Shown here: piece after piece, positions 7,978 through 17,145 of the stretch | Numbering within the stretch: the stretch's first letter is position 1 | Layout: each line of letters starts with the position of its first letter | NCBI GenBank assembly: GCA_014584465.1 | Contig: JACTMU010000012.1 | Location: 95,333-159,332, forward strand | Length of the DNA stretch: 64,000 nt | From: Pseudomonadota bacterium | GTDB taxonomy: Bacteria > Bdellovibrionota > Bdellovibrionia > Bdellovibrionales > JACTMU01 | Direction of reading: 5' to 3' | Program-made: the position numbers and the translations under genes | Notes under the pieces: generated by a model | What the model was told of the DNA's origin: nothing | What the model saw: only the letters and a program-made list of their open reading frames with translations | The model's database searches: none

Positions 7978-9264
7978 CTATTTGCTTGGCGAAAGATAGT
8001 GGCTCTGAAGTTGATGTTGAACGTAGAGATTCATGAACGCCTCAGAATCTCGCGAATCGATGAAGAGAGTCTGGTTCGATTTAATGAGTTTTTCCTTCTG
8101 TGAAGTGGCCAAGACGCTTCCTGTCTTCAAATAGGGGATGTACCGCTTGTTCTCTTTGAGATAGAGATAGGTCGCAAAATGGAGGATTTGATCCGTTGGA
8201 AAATCATTGGTATCCAATGCCAGCTTGCCATCAGCGTTGGGGAGTGGTCGTTTTGGGAGTGGAGACAAATCCAATTGAACAATGCCAGATGCAACCTCGC
8301 TGCGATCTTTCACCTGGTGAGCCCAATGTGGGACTCTATTCTGAGACCATTGCAAAAAGTCAAATTCATCTGATTTGATGGTAAAATCTGGTCCAAAGAG
8401 AAGAGGAGCATCTGTTCCTGCGGCCTGCCTCATCAAAAGCCCTTTGTAGTTTGAAAATAGCGATTTATTGATGCCATTCAGGTAGTTGGTTGCAAAGATC
8501 AAGTATCCTTTAGTCACTTGGGAGATGACCGGAGAGACTTCGAAAGATAGGACCTTCTTGAGGGAACCATTGGGACTTTCTTCAGGAAAGACAAGTCCAT
8601 TCAAAGCCATGCCGAGTGTCTCGGTGAGTGGACGAGACTCAAACTTTGGAGGCAATGCAGAGGTCTTTGAGGTAGAAACACGAGTTTGGCGGCTGACGAT
8701 ACGGGCCCCAGAGTCCCTATTTTGAACAGAGAATGCATCACTTGAACCACCATTCTTTCGTTGAATTCGTGCAAGCGATTCAAGAAAATTGAGCGTTGCT
8801 TTCGTGGTGGATGGATTCGTATACCAATCATGAAGAATTTTTCGAAGTTTTAGTGAGAAGGTTGGTCCACTTGCATTTTTGAACATCTTATATTGAACAA
8901 ATGGGTTTTCATCAAGTTCCTTCTCGGATTCAAGACTGAGCTTCTCGCAAAACCCCACAAGTTTAATGTTGGCTTCGCGTGGTAACCATTGAATCGTTTC
9001 CATCAACAATGCATTATGAAAGTCTGTAGCGACAAATATGAAGTCGGGCATTCGTCTCGACAAGGCTCGAATCAGATCGTTGCTATCTCCACACAAAACG
9101 GTGAACCAATGGCGATCACTTAAAAACTCTGCGGCTGGTTCAAATCGAGATCGATCTTGTGCCACAATGATCACTCTTCCGCAATAGCGATCGAAATCAA
9201 ACGGAAGCAATTTCTGCACTTGGTTGGGTTCACTTGGCAATAATGGCCTTTTTGACAAACTCAT
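7978..9264 (-). CDS. hypothetical protein with a receiver-like N-terminal region
   Basis: The ORF-track entry is 442 aa. I start it at the internal 'MSLSKRPLL' (9264). 'RVIIVAQDRS...PDFIFVATDF' resembles a CheY-like beta1/beta3 pattern. The rest is unrecognised. Confidence 0.5.
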   Translation of the reverse strand: MSLSKRPLLPSEPNQVQKLLPFDFDRYCGRVIIVAQDRSRFEPAAEFLSDRHWFTVLCGDSNDLIRALSRRMPDFIFVATDFHNALLMETIQWLPREANIKLVGFCEKLSLESEKELDENPFVQYKMFKNASGPTFSLKLRKILHDWYTNPSTTKATLNFLESLARIQRKNGGSSDAFSVQNRDSGARIVSRQTRVSTSKTSALPPKFESRPLTETLGMALNGLVFPEESPNGSLKKVLSFEVSPVISQVTKGYLIFATNYLNGINKSLFSNYKGLLMRQAAGTDAPLLFGPDFTIKSDEFDFLQWSQNRVPHWAHQVKDRSEVASGIVQLDLSPLPKRPLPNADGKLALDTNDFPTDQILHFATYLYLKENKRYIPYLKTGSVLATSQKEKLIKSNQTLFIDSRDSEAFMNLYVQHQLQSHYLSPSK

Positions 9265-9351
9265 CGTGACTTCTCTTCGGTGAAAGTGCACTCGGACTTT
9301 AGTCAAATATTAAATAATATATATATTGTTATACTAAAATGTGACTCTGTT

Positions 9352-9774
9352 TCAAACTGAAGCAGCGACCGAGGCGAAAAAGTCACCGATCTTTTTTGGG
9401 ATAGGGCGCTTTGATCCTTCGACCCTGTCCACAAAGGAGTGGGTTGTAGTGACCTCCACACAAAGTGTAGAACCCTCTAAGATATGGTAGAGCAGGGTAA
9501 AGGAGGAGCCGCCTCTGTTTTTGAGCATGAGGACAATCTCGTAGTTTTTCCCGGGATAGAGGGGCCTCATGTACTTGGCATCACAATGAACAACAGGCAG
9601 TGCCCATGATGAATTGTGGAACCAAGTGGTCCATTCAAATTGGAGGATCTCAGTGACAAAACCCTCATAACATCTGTGAGCAACTTCCAGTGCGCGGGAG
9701 AAGAAAAGAACTCCGGCTGGATCGGCATCCAAGAATGAGGTAGTAAACTTTTGACGAAACAGCTCCTTTCCCAT
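9352..9774 (-). CDS. hotdog-fold acyl-CoA thioesterase (4HBT-like; possibly DHNA-CoA hydrolase)
   Basis: 140 aa. 'DADPAGVLFFSRALEVAHRCYEGF' is typical of 4HBT-type thioesterases. The gene is divergent from the polyprenyl synthase and menA pair. Confidence 0.6.
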   Translation of the reverse strand: MGKELFRQKFTTSFLDADPAGVLFFSRALEVAHRCYEGFVTEILQFEWTTWFHNSSWALPVVHCDAKYMRPLYPGKNYEIVLMLKNRGGSSFTLLYHILEGSTLCVEVTTTHSFVDRVEGSKRPIPKKIGDFFASVAASV

Positions 9775-9916
9775 GTTGTATTGACTAACGAAGAAATCGC
9801 TTCACGTCCAGCTTGATCCTTGACTTCCCCTCCCAATTTTCAATATGGTAGGCCGATTCACCAACAAGAAGGTAGGATTTGCGGGACGGCAAAGGGGTTA
9901 CGGGGTTGATTTTGGC

Positions 9917-10858
9917 ATGCGTATGAAGAATATCAAGATCTACAGCTTGGGTGACTTTCCTGCTTATTTGCCTAAACTCAACCTCTTGTACGATGATCTT
10001 TTTAGTGGAGGTAAGGGGCTACGTTCTCGTCTGGTTGCTTTGGTGGGAGACGCTCTCGATTTGAAGGAGAGCACAGTGATGCTCCTCTGCCAAACTATTG
10101 AATTCATTCACAATGCTTCACTGCTTCATGATGACTTAATTGATCGCTCCCCTCTTCGCAGAAATAGGACGACGGCATGGCTCAAATACACACCAGAGTA
10201 TGCAGTCCTTGCTGGGGATTACCTGTTGGCGCGAGTCATGGTCAATTTGGCGGCCTTTGGAAATCTGGAGTTGATTCAGCTTACAAGTCAGATGATCTCT
10301 GATCTTCTGGAGGGTGAGTGGATCCAAGACTCCTTGGTTCGTGATTGGGAGATCACACTTGAGGATTTGGATCGAGTTCACAATCTAAAGACGGGCTCTC
10401 TTTTTAAATGGTGTCTTCTGGCACCTTTTGTTGCCGTCGGAAGCGTCGATTCTGAAGTCAAGCGATCACTTGAAAATGCTGGGACCATTCTGGGACAACT
10501 CTTCCAACGAGGAGATGATCTTCTCGACTTTGATGTTCGTAATAGTGAAAAGAAGATGGTTTTGGGTGACCTAAAAGCAGGATACCTCAACTCTTTTGGA
10601 GTGTTTTTATCAGGTAGACTTTCTGGCGTACAGAAACAAGAATTTCTAAAGAGTCAGTCCATGAGTGATGTGTTTTCATCACTTGGCGAGTCATACTTTC
10701 AGGATCGTCTTTGTGAATTTGACAGGATGAACACAAGAATGATTGCACTCTATGGCCATCATGTGATGACCCTGAAAGGTCATCTGTGCGAAAGTGGGAT
10801 GTCTTTGATTGAGAATCTCTTAGAACTTCCCCAGAACCTTTATTGGAGAAAAAGATAG
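9917..10858 (+). CDS. polyprenyl diphosphate synthase
   Basis: First aspartate-rich motif 'LLHDDLIDRS' and second 'RGDDLLDF'. I chose ATG 9917 (MRMKNIK...) over the ORF-track start at 9845. Confidence 0.85.
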   Translation: MRMKNIKIYSLGDFPAYLPKLNLLYDDLFSGGKGLRSRLVALVGDALDLKESTVMLLCQTIEFIHNASLLHDDLIDRSPLRRNRTTAWLKYTPEYAVLAGDYLLARVMVNLAAFGNLELIQLTSQMISDLLEGEWIQDSLVRDWEITLEDLDRVHNLKTGSLFKWCLLAPFVAVGSVDSEVKRSLENAGTILGQLFQRGDDLLDFDVRNSEKKMVLGDLKAGYLNSFGVFLSGRLSGVQKQEFLKSQSMSDVFSSLGESYFQDRLCEFDRMNTRMIALYGHHVMTLKGHLCESGMSLIENLLELPQNLYWRKR

Positions 10859-10859
10859 C

Positions 10860-11939
10860 GTGGAAGAGATAAGGACGCTTTCTCCAAGAGACCCCAACTT
10901 TCATGCGTATCTTCTTGGTACCTTTTCTAAGACTCATCGTGCTTTACCAGTCAAGAGTCTTAATTTGATAGACGGAGACGAGCATGTCACTTTTCAGATT
11001 GCTCCCGTTTCTGAGCTCCGTCGTCCGTCTCCTTTAAAGATAGGCATGCAGCTCGTGCGTGTTCCAAGTTTGATGACGAGTTTGTTTCCGCTTTTAATCT
11101 CGTGGGTCTTTCTTGAGCAAAGGTCCATCGAGGTCCATAAGAATCTGGCGTTGATGGCCCTTGTAGGGGTGGGTTTTCTCCACATAGCGGTTCATCTTCT
11201 CAATGATTTTCGGGACCACATGAAGGGCTATGATGGCTTGAGTCCGTATCGTGGGAGCCGAGTTATACAAGAGGGGTGGATGACGGCACAACGGGTGCGC
11301 ATCATCGGTTGGAGTTTCTTTTCGTTGGCTCTATTGGTGGGACTTTATGCGATTTGGTCTAAGCCAACACTTGTTGTAATCCTTTTTGGAATTGGAAGCT
11401 TAGGAGGAGTCGCAAGTTATTCGGCCTCTTCGTTTGGTCTGAAGTATTGGGGCTTAGCAGAACCTGCTCTTTTTTTGTTGTTGGGCCCTGCCTTAACAAT
11501 TGGTTTTTCAAGTGTCGTTGCGGACGCCTGGGATCTTTCCTTGTTTTTGATTGGCTGTGGGCTCGGTGCCTTGGTTTCACTTAACCATTATCTAAAAAAT
11601 CTTATTGATATGATGGGACAGTGGAAACAGGGATTTAGATCGCTTCCGATTTTGTTAGGATTTGATCGTGCCAAACGAGCTCCACTCCTTTTTTTGGCGG
11701 TCATGATACTCTCATTTGCGTTGGCGGCGATCTCCACTGAGTTCTCCGAGACGCTTTCAAGTGCAGTTCTGATTTCTCTGATATTTGCCATCTCTATATT
11801 GAAGAGAGTGTTTCGAGCGCGTTCTTGTTTTTCGTCTCTGTTGCCACAGACACAAAGGGCCGGATTGCTCTTTTATCTTTCCATCTCTTTCACTCTTCTA
11901 GTGGGCTTTTTAATTCAAGGAACTCAGAGTGGAGGCTAA
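10860..11939 (+). CDS. menA: UbiA-family prenyltransferase, MenA-like (1,4-dihydroxy-2-naphthoate polyprenyltransferase)
   Basis: 359 aa and multi-TM. 'LNDFRDHMKGYD' is the NDxxDxxxD motif. The GTG start gives a ~60-aa N-terminal extension, so the true start may be an internal Met near 11046. Confidence 0.75.
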   Translation: MEEIRTLSPRDPNFHAYLLGTFSKTHRALPVKSLNLIDGDEHVTFQIAPVSELRRPSPLKIGMQLVRVPSLMTSLFPLLISWVFLEQRSIEVHKNLALMALVGVGFLHIAVHLLNDFRDHMKGYDGLSPYRGSRVIQEGWMTAQRVRIIGWSFFSLALLVGLYAIWSKPTLVVILFGIGSLGGVASYSASSFGLKYWGLAEPALFLLLGPALTIGFSSVVADAWDLSLFLIGCGLGALVSLNHYLKNLIDMMGQWKQGFRSLPILLGFDRAKRAPLLFLAVMILSFALAAISTEFSETLSSAVLISLIFAISILKRVFRARSCFSSLLPQTQRAGLLFYLSISFTLLVGFLIQGTQSGG

Positions 11940-12675
11940 GAGAATTTGTGTTTCCGCAGCCACTTCGGACTGCGAAGACCGAGCGTATTCTCTTTCCAAG
12001 GAGATGAAACTCGAATTTTCCAATTTGCCACAGACCTTTGAATTCTCCCTTGTGGTATCTAGTTCAGGCTTTAAGCTCTACTATTTTGGAGGGGAAACGT
12101 TAACGTTACACCTGGATTACTCTCAGGAGATGGTCCAAAATCGGTGGAAACGAGGCCGTATTGATCTTGCACGAGCCGTGGATACAAAGAAATACACCAA
12201 TGTGTTGGATGTGACGGGAGGACTGGGACGTGATGCCCTAACGCTTGCAGCTCAAGGATGTCGCGTTCTTGCCATAGAGCGATCGAAGGTTCTTTTCGAG
12301 TTGGCACAGGAAGCGATTGGTCGCGCAAGAGTTGAACGAGGTCCTTGGGATCTTGTTCAATTTGTTCATATGGATTCTGCGGATTACTTACGGCAGATTG
12401 ATGAAAGGCCTCAGGTTATTTATATGGACCCCATGTTTTCTCTATCCAAGAAAAACGCACTTCCCAAGAAAGAGCTGCAAGTTTTAAGGGCTCTGCTTGG
12501 CTCAAAAGATTTTGATGAGAAGTCTGATGTAGAATCATTGTGGGAACTCTCCCTTAAGGTGGCCTTGAATCGAGTCGTAGTCAAGCGACACGCGATGGAG
12601 CCCATTCTAGGAGGAAAGTGCAGTTTTTCTTTGACGGGGAAAGTGGTTCGTTACGACGTCTATGTCCCGTCTTAA
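11929..12675 (+). CDS. rsmJ: 16S rRNA (guanine1516-N2)-methyltransferase RsmJ-like
   Basis: 248 aa. 'DVTGGLGRDALTLAAQGCRVLAIERS', 'VIYMDPMF' and 'VVVKRH' parallel E. coli RsmJ/YhiQ as I recall it. Confidence 0.8.
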   Translation: MEAKRICVSAATSDCEDRAYSLSKEMKLEFSNLPQTFEFSLVVSSSGFKLYYFGGETLTLHLDYSQEMVQNRWKRGRIDLARAVDTKKYTNVLDVTGGLGRDALTLAAQGCRVLAIERSKVLFELAQEAIGRARVERGPWDLVQFVHMDSADYLRQIDERPQVIYMDPMFSLSKKNALPKKELQVLRALLGSKDFDEKSDVESLWELSLKVALNRVVVKRHAMEPILGGKCSFSLTGKVVRYDVYVPS

Positions 12676-12694
12676 GAATTCCTTCTTCGAATTG

Positions 12695-13570
12695 CTATTT
12701 GATGATGATTAGATCCCTAGATCTTCGAGTCCTTTCGTTGGCTCGAAGTTTTTTGAATGTCTTTACAACTTCACTAGGAGAGTACTCCATATCATGAAAA
12801 GAGAAATATCTTTTTAAATCGTTAAGAGCTTCTTTACGAAACCCCATTTTGGCTAGAAGCAAAGCACGTTCACCAAGCGCATGAACCTTTGCAATCTGTT
12901 CGTGGACAAGCAGGTCGAGTACAAGAAGGTGTTTTTCATACGAAGTGGCCTGAGAGTAGAGTTTTCTGAGCTTTTCAAGGATAAAAAAGACCAAATTGAG
13001 TGAGTGAAGGGGTTCCAAATAAGAGGCATTAAGCTCCTCGGACAATTGATTCATCCCATTGAGGCGGTGAAGCAGATCAATGCTTGACAACAAAGATCCC
13101 TCATTTTCGAGATCGACATAATAAAGATTTTCGGACGAAGCATATCTCAAAATTGAGGTGGTAGGAAGATCCAATAGATCCAGCGAGACTCCCAAGCTTT
13201 CCGCAAGAGCCTTGTAAATCAAGCCTACGATTCGAGCATTACCGCCTTTGTTTTTTATTACCTCTGAAAGCAAAAAATCAGATTCAGTTGAGGCTGAGGA
13301 GTCATCTGATATCTTGAACCTTTGCTCATTGAACAGGTGATAGCTTATGGATTCTAAGATTTCGGGAGGTCGAGAGTCGTTGGTGACATCTGAACTGATC
13401 TCATGACCCATAAAAAGAATCTTTTTTAGCGTTTTGGAGTCGTGACTATGTCGAGTGATGAGGGCGGAAAAGGAATCCAGCCAGCGCAAAAGGTCCATGG
13501 TGGAGCCTGTAGAAATTTTATTGAGTTCTTGGTTAAGAATTTGAACTTTTGAACGCAACTGGGTTAACAT
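12695..13570 (-). CDS. SirB1/transglutaminase-like N-domain plus TPR protein (tentative)
   Basis: I trimmed the 394-aa ORF to ATG 13570 (MLTQLRSK...), because the upstream part is antisense to the 13611 gene. 'YKALAESLGVSLDLLDLPTTSILRY...LYYVDLENEG' resembles the SirB1/UPF0162 family. Confidence 0.45.
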   Translation of the reverse strand: MLTQLRSKVQILNQELNKISTGSTMDLLRWLDSFSALITRHSHDSKTLKKILFMGHEISSDVTNDSRPPEILESISYHLFNEQRFKISDDSSASTESDFLLSEVIKNKGGNARIVGLIYKALAESLGVSLDLLDLPTTSILRYASSENLYYVDLENEGSLLSSIDLLHRLNGMNQLSEELNASYLEPLHSLNLVFFILEKLRKLYSQATSYEKHLLVLDLLVHEQIAKVHALGERALLLAKMGFRKEALNDLKRYFSFHDMEYSPSEVVKTFKKLRANERTRRSRDLIIIK

Positions 13571-13610
13571 AGCTAATGAGCAAAACACAGCTTGTTGACC
13601 ATTTGCAAGA

Positions 13611-14543
13611 ATGGATGCGTCGAAAGTCGAGGTTTTTGTTATGTCCAAAAGGGAACTGGATGAGTTACGCGAAGAGATTAGGGAGCTCAAATGTGAGCTT
13701 GCCGATCGTGAAAAGGATCTTGCGGTCTTTCGTGAAGAGTTGACCAAAGCGAACCAACGAATTGAGAAGATTGTAGGCCAGGTGACTCGCGAACTAAGTG
13801 TAGCACACGTGATACAAAAGATATTGATTCCAACGGAGTTGCCCCACATTTCGGGCTTTGAGTTTAGCACCAAGTTCATACCTAGCCCTATATCAGGGAG
13901 TGATTACTTCGACATCTTTGAACACGAAAACCGTCTGAGATTTGGGGTTGTTCTGGCCAATTCAACTGGCTACAGCCTTACAGCGTTGCTCTTAAGTGTC
14001 TTGCTGCGACTGACCGGGGCACTTGAGGCGCGGAAGGGGCTAAATCCCAATGCGATGCTTCATCAGATCGCAAAGGAACTTATCCCCAACATTCGGTCGA
14101 TGGAATCTGTGAGCCTCTTCTATGGCGTGGTGGATCGCGGGCGCTTTGAGATGGAGTACTCCAATGTCGGAAATCTTGTGGCTCTGTATCAAAAGAAGAA
14201 CGATCGACAACTTGGGCCATTAGTCTCCGATGGTCCACCACTTTCTGGTGAGTCTGAGGTGGAGTTTGTGAATCATCGGTTGAGTCTTGACTCAGGAGAT
14301 CGAATTCTTCTTGGGTCTGAGGGGCTTTGGATGGCCAAGAACCCAAAAGGTGAAATTTTTGGCAAAGAGCGTCTCTATAAGGCAATTTTTGAAGCCCCTC
14401 AAAAGGGGGTTCACGACTTTCGTAATGAGATCCTCTATCGATTAGAAAACTTTGCTCAAGGTGAACCGTTGCCGAAGGATGTAACGCTGATCGTGGTAGA
14501 GGCAAGCGAACGTGTATTGAAGCTTGCAGGAACTTCAGAGTAG
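13611..14543 (+). CDS. PP2C/SpoIIE-family serine phosphatase with N-terminal coiled coil
   Basis: 310 aa. 'AHVIQKILIPTELPHISGFEFSTKFIPSPISGSDYFDIF' follows the RsbU/SpoIIE entry motif (IQ..L.P...P......Y.P...VGGDFYD). Confidence 0.75.
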   Translation: MDASKVEVFVMSKRELDELREEIRELKCELADREKDLAVFREELTKANQRIEKIVGQVTRELSVAHVIQKILIPTELPHISGFEFSTKFIPSPISGSDYFDIFEHENRLRFGVVLANSTGYSLTALLLSVLLRLTGALEARKGLNPNAMLHQIAKELIPNIRSMESVSLFYGVVDRGRFEMEYSNVGNLVALYQKKNDRQLGPLVSDGPPLSGESEVEFVNHRLSLDSGDRILLGSEGLWMAKNPKGEIFGKERLYKAIFEAPQKGVHDFRNEILYRLENFAQGEPLPKDVTLIVVEASERVLKLAGTSE

Positions 14544-14701
14544 CCGCTCTTCTCCTGCGAAGTCTCATGGTCGTGACGAAATAGATGGTCGGATCTGGTT
14601 GTCAAAGAAGTCTCGCTGGGTTACATTAAGAGTGGTGCGTGGTGGTCTTCATGGTTTTTAGCCTATTTCTAATTTCAGATCCGAGTTGAAGGGGAAGAGT
14701 T

Positions 14702-15838
14702 ATGTCTGAGGTCTATAGCGGGGCTATTGATAAGGGTTTGGAGGGTGTTGTTGCCTGTACGACCGGCATTTCCTCGATTGTGGATGCGACACTATGCTAT
14801 TGCGGCTACACCATTGAAGATTTAGCTGCAAACTCAACTTTTGAGGAGGTCGTATTTCTTCTGTGGAATAAGAGACTTCCTAATCGTAATGAGCTTGAAA
14901 AGTTCACTTCGGAATTAAGAACACTGCAGTTCTTAGATCCGCAGTTTGTCGAGCTACTTAAAAAACTTCCTGCTGAGAATGTTCATCCGATGTCCTGGCT
15001 TCGAACGGCCACCTCAATGCTGTCGCTTTGGGATCGTAACACGCAGTTGGATACTCCAGAGGGCCGCAAAAACGTAGCGATCAATCTTGTTGCTAAGATG
15101 GGACTTTTGGTCACGGCGTTTTCTCGAATGAGGGAGAAGAAGGAGGTTGTGGCTCCTAAAAAGGATAGGAGCACAGCATGGAACTTTCTCTATACGTTGA
15201 CGGGAGAGGAGCCCAGCGAATCTCTTGTAAAAGACTTTGATGTGTGTCTTGTTCTGCATGCAGACCACGAACTCAACTGTTCCGCATTTGCGGCGAGGGT
15301 GACCGCTTCGTCACTAAGCGACATCTACTCCTCGGTTGTGAGTGCCATAGGTGCCCTTAAAGGACCACTTCATGGAGGCGCCAATGAGCAGGTTATGAGG
15401 ATGCTCAAGGATAAGGTCAAAGAGACTTCGCTTGCTCCGACATGGGTTCGTCGTGCTTTAGATAACAAAGAGAAGATTATGGGATTTGGCCATCGTGTTT
15501 ACAAGAATGGCGATCCTCGGGCTAAGATTTTACGAGATATGAGCAAAAGACTTTGTTCGCAAATTGGGCAACCCCAATGGTATGAAATGTCCGACATCAT
15601 TGATCAGACGGTGCGAAACGAAAAAGGATTGTTGCCCAACGTCGACTTCTACTCGGCCTCGGTGTATTACAGCATGAAGATCCCACTTGATCTCTATACC
15701 CCCATTTTTGCGGTTTCTCGCGTATCTGGTTGGTTGGCCCATGCCTTTGAGCAATATGCGAACAATCGAATCTACAGACCAAGGGGCGAATGGACTGGAG
15801 CCACTGGTTTGAAATGGAAGCCCCTCTCCGAACGCTAG
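14702..15838 (+). CDS. gltA: citrate synthase
   Basis: 378 aa. Contains the signature 'GFGHRVYKNGDPRA' and 'LHADHELNCS'. Confidence 0.92.
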   Translation: MSEVYSGAIDKGLEGVVACTTGISSIVDATLCYCGYTIEDLAANSTFEEVVFLLWNKRLPNRNELEKFTSELRTLQFLDPQFVELLKKLPAENVHPMSWLRTATSMLSLWDRNTQLDTPEGRKNVAINLVAKMGLLVTAFSRMREKKEVVAPKKDRSTAWNFLYTLTGEEPSESLVKDFDVCLVLHADHELNCSAFAARVTASSLSDIYSSVVSAIGALKGPLHGGANEQVMRMLKDKVKETSLAPTWVRRALDNKEKIMGFGHRVYKNGDPRAKILRDMSKRLCSQIGQPQWYEMSDIIDQTVRNEKGLLPNVDFYSASVYYSMKIPLDLYTPIFAVSRVSGWLAHAFEQYANNRIYRPRGEWTGATGLKWKPLSER

Positions 15839-15853
15839 TCTCAATTTGAAGCA

Positions 15854-15910
15854 AAGGTGCCAGGCGTATTTTTCGGATGCTGTGCATCCGAAAAATACGC
15901 CTGGCACCTT
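15854..15910. terminator. 27-bp perfect hairpin with a 3-nt loop followed by a T-run (gltA terminator / palindromic repeat)
   Basis: AAGGTGCCAGGCGTATTTTTCGGATGC-TGT-GCATCCGAAAAATACGCCTGGCACCTT, followed by ATGTTTTTGGGCTTTT. Confidence 0.7.
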
Positions 15911-15943
15911 ATGTTTTTGGGCTTTTGTCCGATAAGATTGAGT

Positions 15944-16609
15944 ATGGTGCAGACACTGATCGTGACCCCAGATCAGCATAGATTTCAGGAGATCGAAGAG
16001 CTTCTCTCTTCTTTGGATCTGCAATTTGATCCTTTGATTACCGTCGAGCACCCCCTTCGACTTCCCGAAGGATACTACCGATACATACTGATAGATCAAA
16101 TGCTCTTTTCCCTTGAAAACATGTCGGAACTCATGGCCTTTCGGAAGCGCAATGAAGAGGTTCCACTTCTGTTCTTGGTAGACAAAGTTGAAAGCGCGAA
16201 CTTCGATTTTGTTCGAAGACTTGGGAACGCATTGATGTTGCAAAACCCTCTAGATCGCCAAGAATTGATCACGCTGACACTAAAAATGCTTTCGCACGAC
16301 CGGGTCTTTCATCGATTTCATAAACGCTTTTCCGTTGATCTGACAACCAATCTTGAGAACTTTGGAGATGGCAAAAAATCAAAAGCATATCTGAAGAACC
16401 TTTCTCAGGGCGGTGCCTTTGCGGTTGCCGACCGCACCTTTCGAACGGGAGATGTTGTATTTCTAAATATTACCTTAGATCAAATCAATAAACATCATCG
16501 GATGAATGCAAAAGTCGTTTGGACCGGTCGAAACGACTCAGGCGACAGCTGTGTCGGCTTACGTTTTGTAAGTGCCGAAGAGGTCTATCGAAATCTCCTT
16601 AAAATGTAA
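15944..16609 (+). CDS. PilZ-domain protein with degenerate receiver-like N-terminus
   Basis: I start it at ATG 15944 (MVQTLIVTPDQ...), because the ORF-track start at 15857 lies inside the hairpin. The C-terminus 'RFSVDL...LKNLSQGGAFAV...GDVVFLNITL' follows the PilZ pattern. Confidence 0.65.
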   Translation: MVQTLIVTPDQHRFQEIEELLSSLDLQFDPLITVEHPLRLPEGYYRYILIDQMLFSLENMSELMAFRKRNEEVPLLFLVDKVESANFDFVRRLGNALMLQNPLDRQELITLTLKMLSHDRVFHRFHKRFSVDLTTNLENFGDGKKSKAYLKNLSQGGAFAVADRTFRTGDVVFLNITLDQINKHHRMNAKVVWTGRNDSGDSCVGLRFVSAEEVYRNLLKM

Positions 16610-16610
16610 C

Positions 16611-16737
16611 TAGGGGCTGTCCGGTAATTCGCTTTTTTATCGATTTTGATAAGTTTTTCTTATACCGAGGCGGGCCGACGAAGGGCTAGCCAGAGGCGCT
16701 AACTCGAGGAGGCTCAACGAAGGTATAAGGAAAACTT
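16611..16737. mobile_element. MITE-like element, copy B (truncated, opposite orientation to copy A)
   Basis: It matches the reverse complement of copy A from the TAGGGGCTGTCCGG terminus through the core, with a single 19-mer, to ...GGTATAAGGAAAACTT. There are about 3 mismatches. The last ~38 nt of the far arm are missing. Confidence 0.8.
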
Positions 16738-17145
16738 CTACTTTTGTTCGATGCTGATGGCAAACTTCTTAATTCCTGCACGCTTTACGGCATCGATGAC
16801 GGAGACAACCTGACCATGCGGGACCTCCTTATCGGCAGCGATGACAGCTTGCAGGTCGGGCTTTTCAGCCACTGCCTTCTCAGCATAGGATGCAAGCGAA
16901 TCTAGATCACTGGGAGCCCCATTGAGTTGGATGGTTCCATCGCGAGACATTGAGATTTGAAGTGAAGTCGGAAGGGTGGACTCTCCTGAAGAGGCCTCTG
17001 GGAGATTTACATTGATGCTCGGTTGCATAATCATCGGAGCCGTCACCATGAAAATGATCAGAACCACAAGAATGATGTCCACAAATGGAGTTACATTGAT
17101 TGTGGCTATTGGGTCATCAGCATCGCCACCTAAGGAAGCTGCCAT
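16738..17145 (-). CDS. exbD: ExbD/TolR biopolymer transport protein
   Basis: 'INVTPFVDIILVVLIIFMV' is the TM segment, followed by a periplasmic domain. ATG 17145 shares 1 nt with the exbB stop (TGATG). Confidence 0.85.
   Translation of the reverse strand: MAASLGGDADDPIATINVTPFVDIILVVLIIFMVTAPMIMQPSINVNLPEASSGESTLPTSLQISMSRDGTIQLNGAPSDLDSLASYAEKAVAEKPDLQAVIAADKEVPHGQVVSVIDAVKRAGIKKFAISIEQK

Noticed and set aside
13571-13879. The N-terminal 103 codons of the 394-aa minus-strand ORF.
   Set aside because: This part is the antisense shadow of the PP2C phosphatase gene (13611..). The family-like sequence begins after the internal ATG at 13570.
15530-16243. A 237-aa ORF on the - strand spanning the gltA 3' end, the hairpin and the PilZ gene.
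   Set aside because: It is antisense to two well-supported genes and runs straight through the 27-bp palindrome, so it is spurious.
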